64,000 nucleotides of DNA, taken from contig JBDRCX010000006.1 of the NCBI GenBank assembly GCA_043821365.1, positions 128,001 through 192,000 of the forward strand, read 5' to 3'. This DNA comes from Candidatus Micrarchaeota archaeon (lineage in GTDB: Archaea > Micrarchaeota > Micrarchaeia > Anstonellales > Bilamarchaeaceae). A program made the translations under genes and the position numbers. The notes under the pieces were generated by a model. The model had not been told where the DNA came from and did not search any database. It saw nothing but the letters and a program-made list of their open reading frames with translations. Below, one piece after another: positions 1-8,951 of the stretch. Position 1 is the first letter of the stretch. Every line of letters begins with the position of its first letter.

Positions 1-132
1 AATCCACAGCCAGATCCGCCTAAAGAACAGGAAATACCACTTTTATACATTATTGGTGGTGTATTTGTATTAGTTTTGGCTGTTTATTTGGTAATTCGCA
101 TAAAATCTAAAGCAACAGATGGTGATTCGTAG
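1..132 (+). CDS. 3' end of a gene encoding a C-terminally membrane-anchored protein (5'-truncated by window edge)
   Basis: Manual translation of frame 1 gives NPQPDPPKEQEIPLLYIIGGVFVLVLAVYLVIRIKSKATDGDS*: Pro-rich linker, TM helix, basic tail. Confidence 0.7.
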   Translation, partial: NPQPDPPKEQEIPLLYIIGGVFVLVLAVYLVIRIKSKATDGDS

Positions 133-213
133 GGGTTATCTTTATAAATTGTGTGTACTATAGTATTAACACGTGCGTTCATAAATTATAATAAAATAAA
201 ATGGTGGTAAATA

Positions 214-945
214 ATGCCTCGAGGAAAGAAAATTATTATCGAAACAGAAGTGAATGATGACTTTGTGGACAGATTTAAGTCTATCAACTTAGATGAAATA
301 AAAAAAGACCGTGAACAAACTGAGGATGGATTATCTTCTTCAGTTGCAAGTGTTTTCAAAGTTGCACAAAATCTTTATCGTCAAAAAGCAAGCGAAGACG
401 AATTAGAAGGAAAACACAAATTATATTCTGTTAGAGTTGCTTATGATTTCTTAAAAGACAATGGCGTTTTCATATCTTTCAGGGCATTTGGGGGTAGAAT
501 AGAAAGAGGCACTATTCCATTCGTCAAAGTCGGAAGAAAAAGATACATACCAATCAGTGTTCTTAGTGATATCACACAAACAAAAACTGAATTTTACACT
601 GTAAAAGAGGCATTTGAAGAATACAAAAAATCAAACCAAAAAATCAACTTCAGGGCATTTATTGGGAGAATAGAAAAAGGTTCCATCCCATCAGTTAAAT
701 TTGGTACACGAAGATTGGTACCAAGGGAAGCAGTTGAATCTTTGACTCATATTAGCTCAAATTATTACACAGTAAGTCAGGCAATCAAAGAGCTTTACAA
801 AAACGGCATTAGAATTAAGAGAAATGCTTTTGAAAGAAGGCTTGACCGTGGCAGAATACCACACTCAAAAGTTGGTGGAAGACGATTCATCCACGAAGAT
901 GTTATGAAAGAGCTAGTTGACAAAGAAGTTGCTCTTAAAAAATAA
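214..945 (+). CDS. DNA-binding protein with three tandem excisionase-like (HTH_17) domains
   Basis: Three 57-aa repeats of pattern Y[ST]V..A........I...AF..RI.RG.IP..K.G.RR.I; GGTGGT SD upstream. Confidence 0.8.
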   Translation: MPRGKKIIIETEVNDDFVDRFKSINLDEIKKDREQTEDGLSSSVASVFKVAQNLYRQKASEDELEGKHKLYSVRVAYDFLKDNGVFISFRAFGGRIERGTIPFVKVGRKRYIPISVLSDITQTKTEFYTVKEAFEEYKKSNQKINFRAFIGRIEKGSIPSVKFGTRRLVPREAVESLTHISSNYYTVSQAIKELYKNGIRIKRNAFERRLDRGRIPHSKVGGRRFIHEDVMKELVDKEVALKK

Positions 946-988
946 TTTTTCTTATTAAATTTTATTACTTTTCTTTTAGATTAACCTA

Positions 989-3355
989 ATGGTTAAAAAA
1001 CACGCAATTTTCATTGATGCTAGTTATATAATAAAAAATAACAAAACTTACGTAGCCCTATTACTAAAAGGTAAGAAAACAGCCAAACTCTACTATCAGT
1101 ATAACCCATACTTCTATGTAGACGCACCAAAGGATATGAGTGAACAGATCCTTAATATGAAAATTTACAAAGAAGATGGGGGATTGGTAAGCCCTGTTGA
1201 AGTGGAGGAATGTGAGAGAAATATAGGACTTGAAAAAAAGAAGATGCTTAAGATATCATGCAAAGAACCTTCCCACGTACCAATAATAAAGGCCAGCATA
1301 CCATACCCATCTTATGAATATAATATCCCATTCGCAAGAAGATTCATTTTTGATATGAATATAACTCCGCTCTCAAGAATAGAATACGAAAGAAAAGGGA
1401 AAATACTCAAAAAAATAATCTCAATAACTCCTGGAGACAAAAAACTATCCACGATGAGTTTTGATATTGAAACATACAATCCAGTTGGTAGTCCAAGAGA
1501 AGACAAGGATCCAGTGATTATGATTAGCTATTGTGGAAAGACAACAGGTGTGATAACATCAAAAAAATCAACCAGGGATTTTGTTGAAACTGTTGTTAAT
1601 GAAAAGGCAATATTGGAAAAATTAAATGAAATCATAAAAAAAGAGGATCCAGACGTGCTTTTTGGATATAATTCTGCAAACTTTGATCTTCCATACCTAA
1701 AAGCACGAGCTGCTGCATTAAAAACAAAACTTAATCTTGGAAGGTATGGAGATGAACTTCGAGAGGTAAAAAGAGGATTAATTAAGGGAATTAAACTAAA
1801 GGGAAGAGTTCATTTTGATCTTTATCCGATGGCAAAATTTTTTGGTTTTATTGGAGTTATAAAAAGCCAGAGATTCACCCTAGACGCTGTTGCTGAAGAT
1901 GTTCTTGGAAGCAACAAACTCAAGATAAAGAAGGATGATATTTGGCAGATGTGGGATAGTGGAGATATTGACAAACTTTGCGACTATTCACTAGTTGATG
2001 CTGAATTAACACTGGCACTTGGAGAACGATTTTTGCCAATAGACATAGAACTTTCAAGTGTTGCAAAGATGCCTCTTTTTGATACTACAATATCAACAAG
2101 TGGGCAGCTGGTGGAGAACTTACTTATGTTCCATGCAACTGAAAGAAAAGAAGTGATACCATCAAAACCACTTGGAAATGTAGTCAGCGAAAGGATAAAT
2201 GCACCAATACAGGGGGCATTTGTTAAGTTACCTGAACCGGGTATTTATGAGAATGTTGCTGTATTGGACTTTAGAGGGCTGTATCCTTCCATAATAGTGT
2301 CCTATAACATAGATCCAGGAACTTTGGTAATAGATGACGATGATGTAAATGAATCACCAACTGGGGCAAAATTTTCAAAAAAACAAATTGGTCTGATACC
2401 ATTTGTACTTGATTATCTGATAGACATGAGGATGATCTTGAAAAAAACCATCAAAACACTTGATAAATCAAGCGAAGAACACGTAAAAATCAGTGCACGA
2501 TCCCAGGCTCTGAAAATTCTTGCAAACAGCTTTTATGGGTATATGGGATATGCAAGGTCAAGATGGTATTCCAGGCAGTGTGCAGAAAGTGTCACTGCTT
2601 GGGGAAGAAAACACATCATGGAAACAATAGAAACTGCAGAAAAATCAGGATTCCAGGTGCTTTATGCAGATACGGATTCTGTATTTATTCTTTACAAAGA
2701 CAAGCAAGATGTTCTAAATTTTATGGAAAATATAAACAAGACCTTACCTCAGAAAATGGAGCTTGAACTTGAAGGGTTTTATCCACGTGGAGTTTTTGTA
2801 AGTAAAAAAGGCAGTGGAGAGAGAGGAGCAAAAAAGAAGTATGCCCTGCTTGCAGAAGACGGAAGGATCAAGATAAGAGGATTTGAACTTGTAAGAAGAG
2901 ATTGGTCAAAAATAGCAAAAGACACTCAACTCAAAGTTCTTGAGGCAATACTGAAAGATGGAAGCAAGGAAAAAGCAGTTAAGATAATTAGGGACGTTGT
3001 AAAAAGATTACAAGAAGGCAAAGTCCCTTTGGAATTGTTAGCCATAAGCACTCAACTCAATAAAAACCCAGATAATTATGAAGTTGCAAGCCCAGAACTT
3101 TCAGCAGCAAAAAAACTGATAAAATCTGGAGCAATTGCTGAGAAAGGAACAATGATATCTTATGTGATTGGAAAACGTGGGAAAAGCATATCTGAGAAAG
3201 CAGAACCACTTGAACTTGCTAAAGATTATGATTCGGATTACTATATAAACAACCAGATCTTACCTGCAGTTATGAAGATAATGAAAGAACTTGGTTATGA
3301 TGAACATAGTATGAAGTTTGGTGGAAGACAGGAAAGCCTTGATTCATTTTTCTAG
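989..3355 (+). CDS. polB: Family B DNA polymerase (archaeal PolB3-like)
   Basis: ExoI FDIETY, ExoII YNSANFD, ExoIII YSLVD; polymerase motifs DFRGLYPSII, KILANSFYGY, YADTDS; C-terminal PIP box QESLDSFF. Confidence 0.97.
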   Translation: MVKKHAIFIDASYIIKNNKTYVALLLKGKKTAKLYYQYNPYFYVDAPKDMSEQILNMKIYKEDGGLVSPVEVEECERNIGLEKKKMLKISCKEPSHVPIIKASIPYPSYEYNIPFARRFIFDMNITPLSRIEYERKGKILKKIISITPGDKKLSTMSFDIETYNPVGSPREDKDPVIMISYCGKTTGVITSKKSTRDFVETVVNEKAILEKLNEIIKKEDPDVLFGYNSANFDLPYLKARAAALKTKLNLGRYGDELREVKRGLIKGIKLKGRVHFDLYPMAKFFGFIGVIKSQRFTLDAVAEDVLGSNKLKIKKDDIWQMWDSGDIDKLCDYSLVDAELTLALGERFLPIDIELSSVAKMPLFDTTISTSGQLVENLLMFHATERKEVIPSKPLGNVVSERINAPIQGAFVKLPEPGIYENVAVLDFRGLYPSIIVSYNIDPGTLVIDDDDVNESPTGAKFSKKQIGLIPFVLDYLIDMRMILKKTIKTLDKSSEEHVKISARSQALKILANSFYGYMGYARSRWYSRQCAESVTAWGRKHIMETIETAEKSGFQVLYADTDSVFILYKDKQDVLNFMENINKTLPQKMELELEGFYPRGVFVSKKGSGERGAKKKYALLAEDGRIKIRGFELVRRDWSKIAKDTQLKVLEAILKDGSKEKAVKIIRDVVKRLQEGKVPLELLAISTQLNKNPDNYEVASPELSAAKKLIKSGAIAEKGTMISYVIGKRGKSISEKAEPLELAKDYDSDYYINNQILPAVMKIMKELGYDEHSMKFGGRQESLDSFF

Positions 3356-3372
3356 GTAGAATTTTATATTAA

Positions 3373-3903
3373 ATGGAACTAAATATTTACATGGCAGAAA
3401 GACAACGAGAAGAAGCTTCTCCACCAACAGTATTAGATCTAACAAAACCAATACCCCTAAGCAAGGAAACACAGATAAGATTGCTAAAGCAAAGTTTTGA
3501 AAAACAAACAACTCCCATGGACATACGATTGTATGACATACGCGAATTGGCACGATTAGGAGAAACCAATTATCTAACAGGTGTAAAGATGAGGTATGGC
3601 ACCGCACTTACAGCTGCAAGAAAAAGGCTGGACACGCTTAATAGTGAACGGCTTGGAATTAGTCTTAATTTAGGATCACGAGCATATGGCGAACTCAGAA
3701 AAGGGATATCAAACGAAGAATGGGAAAAACTACCAAAAAGAAAACAAGACGAACTTGCAATGGAAGCCGAGATTAGATTAGTTGGTCCTGTAATGGCTCG
3801 TTACGATGCTGATATAAAAAGACAAGAACAAGCCATAGAAAGAATGGAAAGGATAGTGGCAGAAATTGGAAAGGTAGTACCTGCAATAAAAATAGACTTC
3901 TGA
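3373..3903 (+). CDS. Hypothetical helical protein
   Basis: 176-aa ORF filling the gap, charged and helical composition; no motif recognised. Confidence 0.6.
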   Translation: MELNIYMAERQREEASPPTVLDLTKPIPLSKETQIRLLKQSFEKQTTPMDIRLYDIRELARLGETNYLTGVKMRYGTALTAARKRLDTLNSERLGISLNLGSRAYGELRKGISNEEWEKLPKRKQDELAMEAEIRLVGPVMARYDADIKRQEQAIERMERIVAEIGKVVPAIKIDF

Positions 3904-3921
3904 AACACTTAAAAACTATGT

Positions 3922-4275
3922 ATGAGATATGATTTTATGGGCGCCAAACCAGTTGAGAAAGAAAAAAAAGTGGAATTCAAGGAATGGTTCACACACATAA
4001 TTGAACGTGCAATGGATACGCGCAGAGGATTTAATCCAGATACATTAAGAGAATTTGAAGAACCAGCCCATAGAAAAGCAACTCCACGAAGAAAATTAGA
4101 TGTAGCAGTGGCTACCAGAGTTGAGCACAACCAAGAACTTCTTGATCCACAATTACAAAAATTACTTGAAAGAGAACCAAAGGCAGTTATAGCTGCAGAA
4201 CAATTAGGAACACTTCTGACAAACAACGTTAACGGAAAGAAATTTAGGTATGCTAGAGATTGGGTAGAGGCGTGA
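3922..4275 (+). CDS. Hypothetical protein
   Basis: 117-aa ORF co-oriented and tightly spaced with neighbours. Confidence 0.55.
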   Translation: MRYDFMGAKPVEKEKKVEFKEWFTHIIERAMDTRRGFNPDTLREFEEPAHRKATPRRKLDVAVATRVEHNQELLDPQLQKLLEREPKAVIAAEQLGTLLTNNVNGKKFRYARDWVEA

Positions 4276-4279
4276 GGAT

Positions 4280-4627
4280 ATGGTTGCATTAGATATTATT
4301 GATGAAGAAAATAAGGCAAAAATAGTTACCATGTGGAAGAACATGAGTGAGATGGACAAAGCACATTTCATTAACCAGGTTGCCTTGGCACTTAGCATAT
4401 GGGGAAGTGATGAAAAAGGTAAAAAACTAGTTGTAGAGGTACTTAGATACTTATCAAATAATGGTACAAGTACGCTTGCTGATTTTGGACTTTATATAGA
4501 AAAAGTAGCATCAACAAAAGATGCACAGGGTATGGCTGATAAAATAAAAAGAGCATCTAAAATAATTGAAAATTATAGGATAAAGAACTCGCTTTCCTCA
4601 GAACCACACCGAGAATTGGACTTCTAG
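4280..4627 (+). CDS. Hypothetical protein
   Basis: 115-aa ORF with GAGG SD, 4 nt after the previous stop. Confidence 0.65.
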   Translation: MVALDIIDEENKAKIVTMWKNMSEMDKAHFINQVALALSIWGSDEKGKKLVVEVLRYLSNNGTSTLADFGLYIEKVASTKDAQGMADKIKRASKIIENYRIKNSLSSEPHRELDF

Positions 4628-4635
4628 GTTTTAGC

Positions 4636-5742
4636 ATGCAACTTTGTAAATTTTGCAATGAAACCAATGGTTCAGCTTTTGAAATAGGTAATTGCTATAT
4701 TTGTGAAGATAATGTAATGGAAACAGACAATATGATAGAAAGAGGAACAGAATTACTTTCAAAGGAAAAAATATCTAGTTTTTCGATTTCAACGATTATA
4801 TCAAAAGACTGGCAAACAAGAGAAGAAAAAATCTGGGATATCAAAACAAGCAAAGCAGAAAGCATCAAGAATGCATTAAATAGAAAGATAGTTGCTGAAA
4901 TTAGGAAAAAAATCAAGTTAAGTTATGAACCAGACGGGGAGATTAGAGTTGTTTTTGATTATAAAACCAAGGAAGTTTACATAAAGAAAAATGAGTTGTT
5001 TATTTTTGGAAGATATAGAAAAATCAATCCAGGATTGTCGCAAAGCCGCTGGACGTGCCCTAAATGCAAAGGAGACGGTTGCGCGCAATGTGAAAATAAA
5101 GGAAAATATTACGAATCAGTGGAAGAGAGAATTGGAGAACCTCTAAAAACCATAACAACTGCTAAAGATTACGTGATGCATGCATCTGGGAGAGAAGATG
5201 TTGATGCAACAAATAGTGCAGGTAGAGGATTTGTTATAGAATTAAAAGAACCAGAAATAAGAGAGATTGATCTGGCCAACATAAAATCAAAAATAGCAGA
5301 GAGCAAAGATGTTGAAGTAGATGATTTAAAGATAGTAAGAAGAGGCTTCATGGAAATAGTTACAGAATCACATTTTGATAAATCATACGAAGCAGAAGTT
5401 GAATTCGGCAGAGAAGTTAGTGAAAATGATCTAAAAAAGATTAGAGAATTAGAAGGAAAAACTATTCTCCAACAAACCCCAAATAGAGTTGCGCACAGAA
5501 GAGCAAATTTAGTAAGACATCGAAAGATCAAATCAATAACTATGGAAAGATTAGAAGGTAACAGAGCAACTATAACTGTTATGGCTGAGGCTGGAACATA
5601 CATAAAAGAACTTATTTCAGGAGATAAAGGGAGAACAAAACCAAATATTGCAGAACTTTTTGAGACAATTGCTGTTTGTAAGAAATTAGAAGTTACAAAA
5701 ATAGACGATGGGTTCCTAGATTTTTGTTTAGCCACTCAATAA
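4636..5742 (+). CDS. pus10: tRNA pseudouridine(54/55) synthase Pus10
   Basis: GRYRK...SQSRW.C..C...GC..C, HASGRED catalytic Asp, QQTPNRVAHRR, AEAGTYIKELISGD.GRT.P. Confidence 0.95.
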   Translation: MQLCKFCNETNGSAFEIGNCYICEDNVMETDNMIERGTELLSKEKISSFSISTIISKDWQTREEKIWDIKTSKAESIKNALNRKIVAEIRKKIKLSYEPDGEIRVVFDYKTKEVYIKKNELFIFGRYRKINPGLSQSRWTCPKCKGDGCAQCENKGKYYESVEERIGEPLKTITTAKDYVMHASGREDVDATNSAGRGFVIELKEPEIREIDLANIKSKIAESKDVEVDDLKIVRRGFMEIVTESHFDKSYEAEVEFGREVSENDLKKIRELEGKTILQQTPNRVAHRRANLVRHRKIKSITMERLEGNRATITVMAEAGTYIKELISGDKGRTKPNIAELFETIAVCKKLEVTKIDDGFLDFCLATQ

Positions 5743-5833
5743 GAATTTTCACCGGTGAAGCAGATTATTGTTATAAAAGAAGGACAATAATGTTTAAAAA
5801 GTGTTTGGTGGAACTTATACATGAGGGATAAAA

Positions 5834-6142
5834 TTGACATTAAATCAGACTCAAAAATGCCGCTTAAGAAGAATATATGACTCGGCAGTTCAAACTGCAA
5901 AAAAACCATTTGCAATGCTAAAAATAAGAGGTCTTCTTGATAGAAATGATATAGAAGAAGCACGAAAAGTGCAACTTGCAGCTGGATTGAGTGATAGAAC
6001 AATGGATGGACAGATATCTGCTGCATTAACAAGATTCCAAATTGACACTATCAGCCCAAGACACCCATTACAAAGATTTTATTTTAGCACTGACTTGAAA
6101 CAGAGATTAAAAGCATTAAAAGGCACATTAGAAATTGAATAA
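5834..6142 (+). CDS. Hypothetical protein (TTG start)
   Basis: 102-aa ORF with GAGGGA SD before the TTG. Confidence 0.5.
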   Translation: MTLNQTQKCRLRRIYDSAVQTAKKPFAMLKIRGLLDRNDIEEARKVQLAAGLSDRTMDGQISAALTRFQIDTISPRHPLQRFYFSTDLKQRLKALKGTLEIE

Positions 6143-6146
6143 CGAA

Positions 6147-6845
6147 TTATTTGAGTGCCAGTCTTTTTTGTACAGATTCCCCCTTTAATTCTCTTAGAGC
6201 GTCATTTGAAATCCATTTAGCAGATTTTGTTTTTTGTTTATTAATTTTCTCAGCCAAAAGAATGGCTTTTTTATTCAAATTTTTGTTTCTTTTTCCAATC
6301 TGCCTTAACGCCCAATTCACTGCTTTTCTGACGAAATTTCTACTATCGAAAGAATACTTTTCAATAAAAGGTAGGAATCGTTCGAAATCAGCATCATTTG
6401 CTTTTTTATCATGAAATGCAAGTGCAGCCATCAAAGCAAATCCTGCCCTGCGGACAAATTCTTCTTCTCTTTCTGTCCACTCCACTGCTTTTTTATGTGC
6501 CGCCACAGTTTTGTCAAATAAATTCATACAGACCTGATCACAAACATCCCATGAATCAAAATCATTTACCCATTTTTCCATCTCTTTCTCAGTCAAAAGA
6601 GCAGGATCTGCTATCAGTCCTGCTAAAATTCTTGCCTCGTGTATTTCTGAATCCCAAAGTTCATTTGCCAGTTTGTGGTTTTTTCCTATTTGTTTACCTA
6701 GTTTTCTAAGAATAGGCATGGACACCCCTAAAGTATTAGTTGTACTTATACCAAAACGTGCCATCCCAGCAATGTTTTTGGGATTTGAATGAGATTTTAA
6801 TTTTGCAAGAACTGATTTACAATCAAAATTTTTGTGGGACACCAT
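6147..6845 (-). CDS. DNA alkylation repair protein (AlkD-like HEAT-repeat glycosylase)
   Basis: MARFGI...LGV.MP.LR, LW.S..HEARILA, FDSWDVCD, FVRKAVNWALRQIGKRN. Confidence 0.9.
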   Translation of the reverse strand: MVSHKNFDCKSVLAKLKSHSNPKNIAGMARFGISTTNTLGVSMPILRKLGKQIGKNHKLANELWDSEIHEARILAGLIADPALLTEKEMEKWVNDFDSWDVCDQVCMNLFDKTVAAHKKAVEWTEREEEFVRRAGFALMAALAFHDKKANDADFERFLPFIEKYSFDSRNFVRKAVNWALRQIGKRNKNLNKKAILLAEKINKQKTKSAKWISNDALRELKGESVQKRLALK

Positions 6846-7500
6846 ATTGCTTCATATACTCCTGATACTTTTGGTATGTTTTTTCATTAACGTAGGTTTT
6901 CCCTTCAATATCTTTGCCATTAAGATAATTGAAGATATTTGAGATGTTTTCAATTGCATGAACTGGAACACTTGTTTCTTTCGTAAATTCAGATAGTGCA
7001 CTTTCCCGCTTACCAATCTCCATTCTATCAACTGCAATAACAATTCCAATAACATCTGCATTGAGAGCTTTTTGAAGTTTTTCTATTGCCTCAAATTTTG
7101 TGCCACCAGTAGTCATAACATCGTCAACAATCACCACTTTCTGACCAGTATCCATGTTCTGGCTTCCAACAAAAACACTGTTTGCATCTGCTCCGTGGAT
7201 CTTTTTTTCTTTTCTGTCAAAGAGCCATTTTTTCCTTGCACCAGAATTATGTAATGAAAGAGTAGTTGATATTGCAAGTGGAATTGCTTTATATGCAGGA
7301 CCAAAAATAACATCAAAATCATTTTTGAATGTCTCTGTTATTTTATTTGCATAATACTTGCCGAGTTCAGCAGTTACTGCACCATCACTAAGAACACCCA
7401 TATCAATGAAATATGGCGAAGACCTTCCACTCTTGAGAGTAAATTCACCAAACCTAATGGCATTATTCTTAGCTAAAAATTCTATGAATGAAGTATTCAG
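6823..7500 (-). CDS. pyrE: Orotate phosphoribosyltransferase; start extended from the track's 7401 to a CTG at 7500
   Basis: FGEFTLKSGR.SPYF lies upstream of the track's start; FGPAYKAIP, DRKEKK.HG, PRPP motif VVIVDDVMTTG. No in-frame ATG/GTG/TTG before the upstream stop; GGTGA SD precedes the CTG. Confidence 0.92.
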   Translation of the reverse strand: MNTSFIEFLAKNNAIRFGEFTLKSGRSSPYFIDMGVLSDGAVTAELGKYYANKITETFKNDFDVIFGPAYKAIPLAISTTLSLHNSGARKKWLFDRKEKKIHGADANSVFVGSQNMDTGQKVVIVDDVMTTGGTKFEAIEKLQKALNADVIGIVIAVDRMEIGKRESALSEFTKETSVPVHAIENISNIFNYLNGKDIEGKTYVNEKTYQKYQEYMKQYGVPQKF

Positions 7501-7553
7501 AAAATCACCAAATACTCTTCACCGTAATTGTTTTTTAACTTAGGTGAGATTGA

Positions 7554-8189
7554 ATGCTTATGAAAATCAAAAGCATACTGGCAATTATCATTATATTGGT
7601 GGGATTTACAGTCAGTGCATTTGTGTACAACAATACACCTGAAAAAATGATAATGAGATGGGGGTTTGATGGTGAACCAACTGCATATTGGACAAAGGAT
7701 TTTGGATTATTTTTCCTTCCAGTTTTAAGCATTGCTATTTTTGGTTTAATGACAATAATACCATCTTTAGACCCATTGAAAAAGAACATCACAAAATTTA
7801 ACAAAGAATATCAGAATTTTGTACTAATAGTTGTAGGTTTCATGGTATATTTGCATATTGGCACTATAGTAATGAATTTTACAAATGAATTTCAGATTGG
7901 CCAAATACTAGCTCCGGGATTTGCACTGCTTCTCTACAGTGTTGGAAATCTTTTAGAGAAGGCAAAGAGGAATTGGTTTATTGGAATAAGAACACCATGG
8001 ACATTAAGCAGTGATAGGGTTTGGAAAAAAACACATGAATTAGGTGCAACATTATTCAGAGGATGTGGGGTGGTATCATTACTTGGACTAGTTTTGCCTC
8101 AAGCATCTTTTTTCATCATAATTGTTCCTATTTTGATTGCCACAATAGTGCTTTTTGTTTATTCTTACTTAGAATTTAGAAAAAATTAG
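7554..8189 (+). CDS. SdpI/DUF1648 family membrane protein
   Basis: P......W...G.P, KRNWFIGIRTPWTLSSDRVWKKTH motif, multiple TM helices. Confidence 0.88.
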   Translation: MLMKIKSILAIIIILVGFTVSAFVYNNTPEKMIMRWGFDGEPTAYWTKDFGLFFLPVLSIAIFGLMTIIPSLDPLKKNITKFNKEYQNFVLIVVGFMVYLHIGTIVMNFTNEFQIGQILAPGFALLLYSVGNLLEKAKRNWFIGIRTPWTLSSDRVWKKTHELGATLFRGCGVVSLLGLVLPQASFFIIIVPILIATIVLFVYSYLEFRKN

Positions 8190-8950
8190 CGTCCTTTGGC
8201 CCCCTCTCTCACTGCTTTGACCATTTCTTTTATTTTCGAAATGGAACTTTCTTTTTCAAATGCAGTACCAACTTGGATGATATCAGCACCAGCTTTAACT
8301 ATTGCTTTGGCCTGATCTGGTGTTTTGATTCCACCCGCAGTTATATATGGAATAGATATGGATGATTTTACTGCCTTAACCATATCCAATGGGACAGGAC
8401 CAATATTGGGATTGCTTCCTGCGTCAGTGATGAAGAATCTAAACCCCATATATTCTGCAGCCATACCAAATGCAGCTGCGATTTTTGGTTTGCTCCTGGG
8501 TAATCTTTTAGCATCCCCAACCCAGCCAACTGTGCCGCCTGGTTCAACAACAACATAGGCAATTGGCAATGGTTCGATTTTGTAATGCTTGACCATTGGA
8601 GCAGCAAGCATTTGTGCTTCGCTTATCCAATAGGTATTTCGAGAATTAAGCATAGACATGAAATAAACAGCATCAGCATATTTTGTCAATGTACCTATAT
8701 TGCCTGGAAAAAGAACAACTGGTTTTGAAACATTTTCTTTGATTGTTTTTGTAATTAGATCAAGATCTTCTCCTTGAACACCAGTACTTCCACCAATGAG
8801 AATTACATCTGCATCTGCTTCGTCAGCATTTTTAGCAGTTTTTAAGGCATCCTGTGGTGACTTATAATCCAAAGGATCAATAAGAGCAAAAAGGAGTCCT
8901 TTTTTTGATTCAAGTTCTTCGAGAATATGTTTTTCGATTTTTCCAATCAT
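8186..8950 (-). CDS. Geranylgeranylglyceryl phosphate synthase (group II)
   Basis: LIDP, IGGSTG, LFPG, S.LNSRN.YWI, DAGS, GGI motifs; ATG at 8950 abuts the GGR stop. Confidence 0.93.
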   Translation of the reverse strand: MIGKIEKHILEELESKKGLLFALIDPLDYKSPQDALKTAKNADEADADVILIGGSTGVQGEDLDLITKTIKENVSKPVVLFPGNIGTLTKYADAVYFMSMLNSRNTYWISEAQMLAAPMVKHYKIEPLPIAYVVVEPGGTVGWVGDAKRLPRSKPKIAAAFGMAAEYMGFRFFITDAGSNPNIGPVPLDMVKAVKSSISIPYITAGGIKTPDQAKAIVKAGADIIQVGTAFEKESSISKIKEMVKAVREGAKGR

Positions 8951-8951
8951 T

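Noticed and set aside
214-3355. Xis-like gene plus polB as a provirus or casposon
   Set aside because: The PolB is the RNA-primed cellular type with a PIP box. There is no integrase, Cas1, capsid gene or terminal repeat, and the flanks are housekeeping genes.
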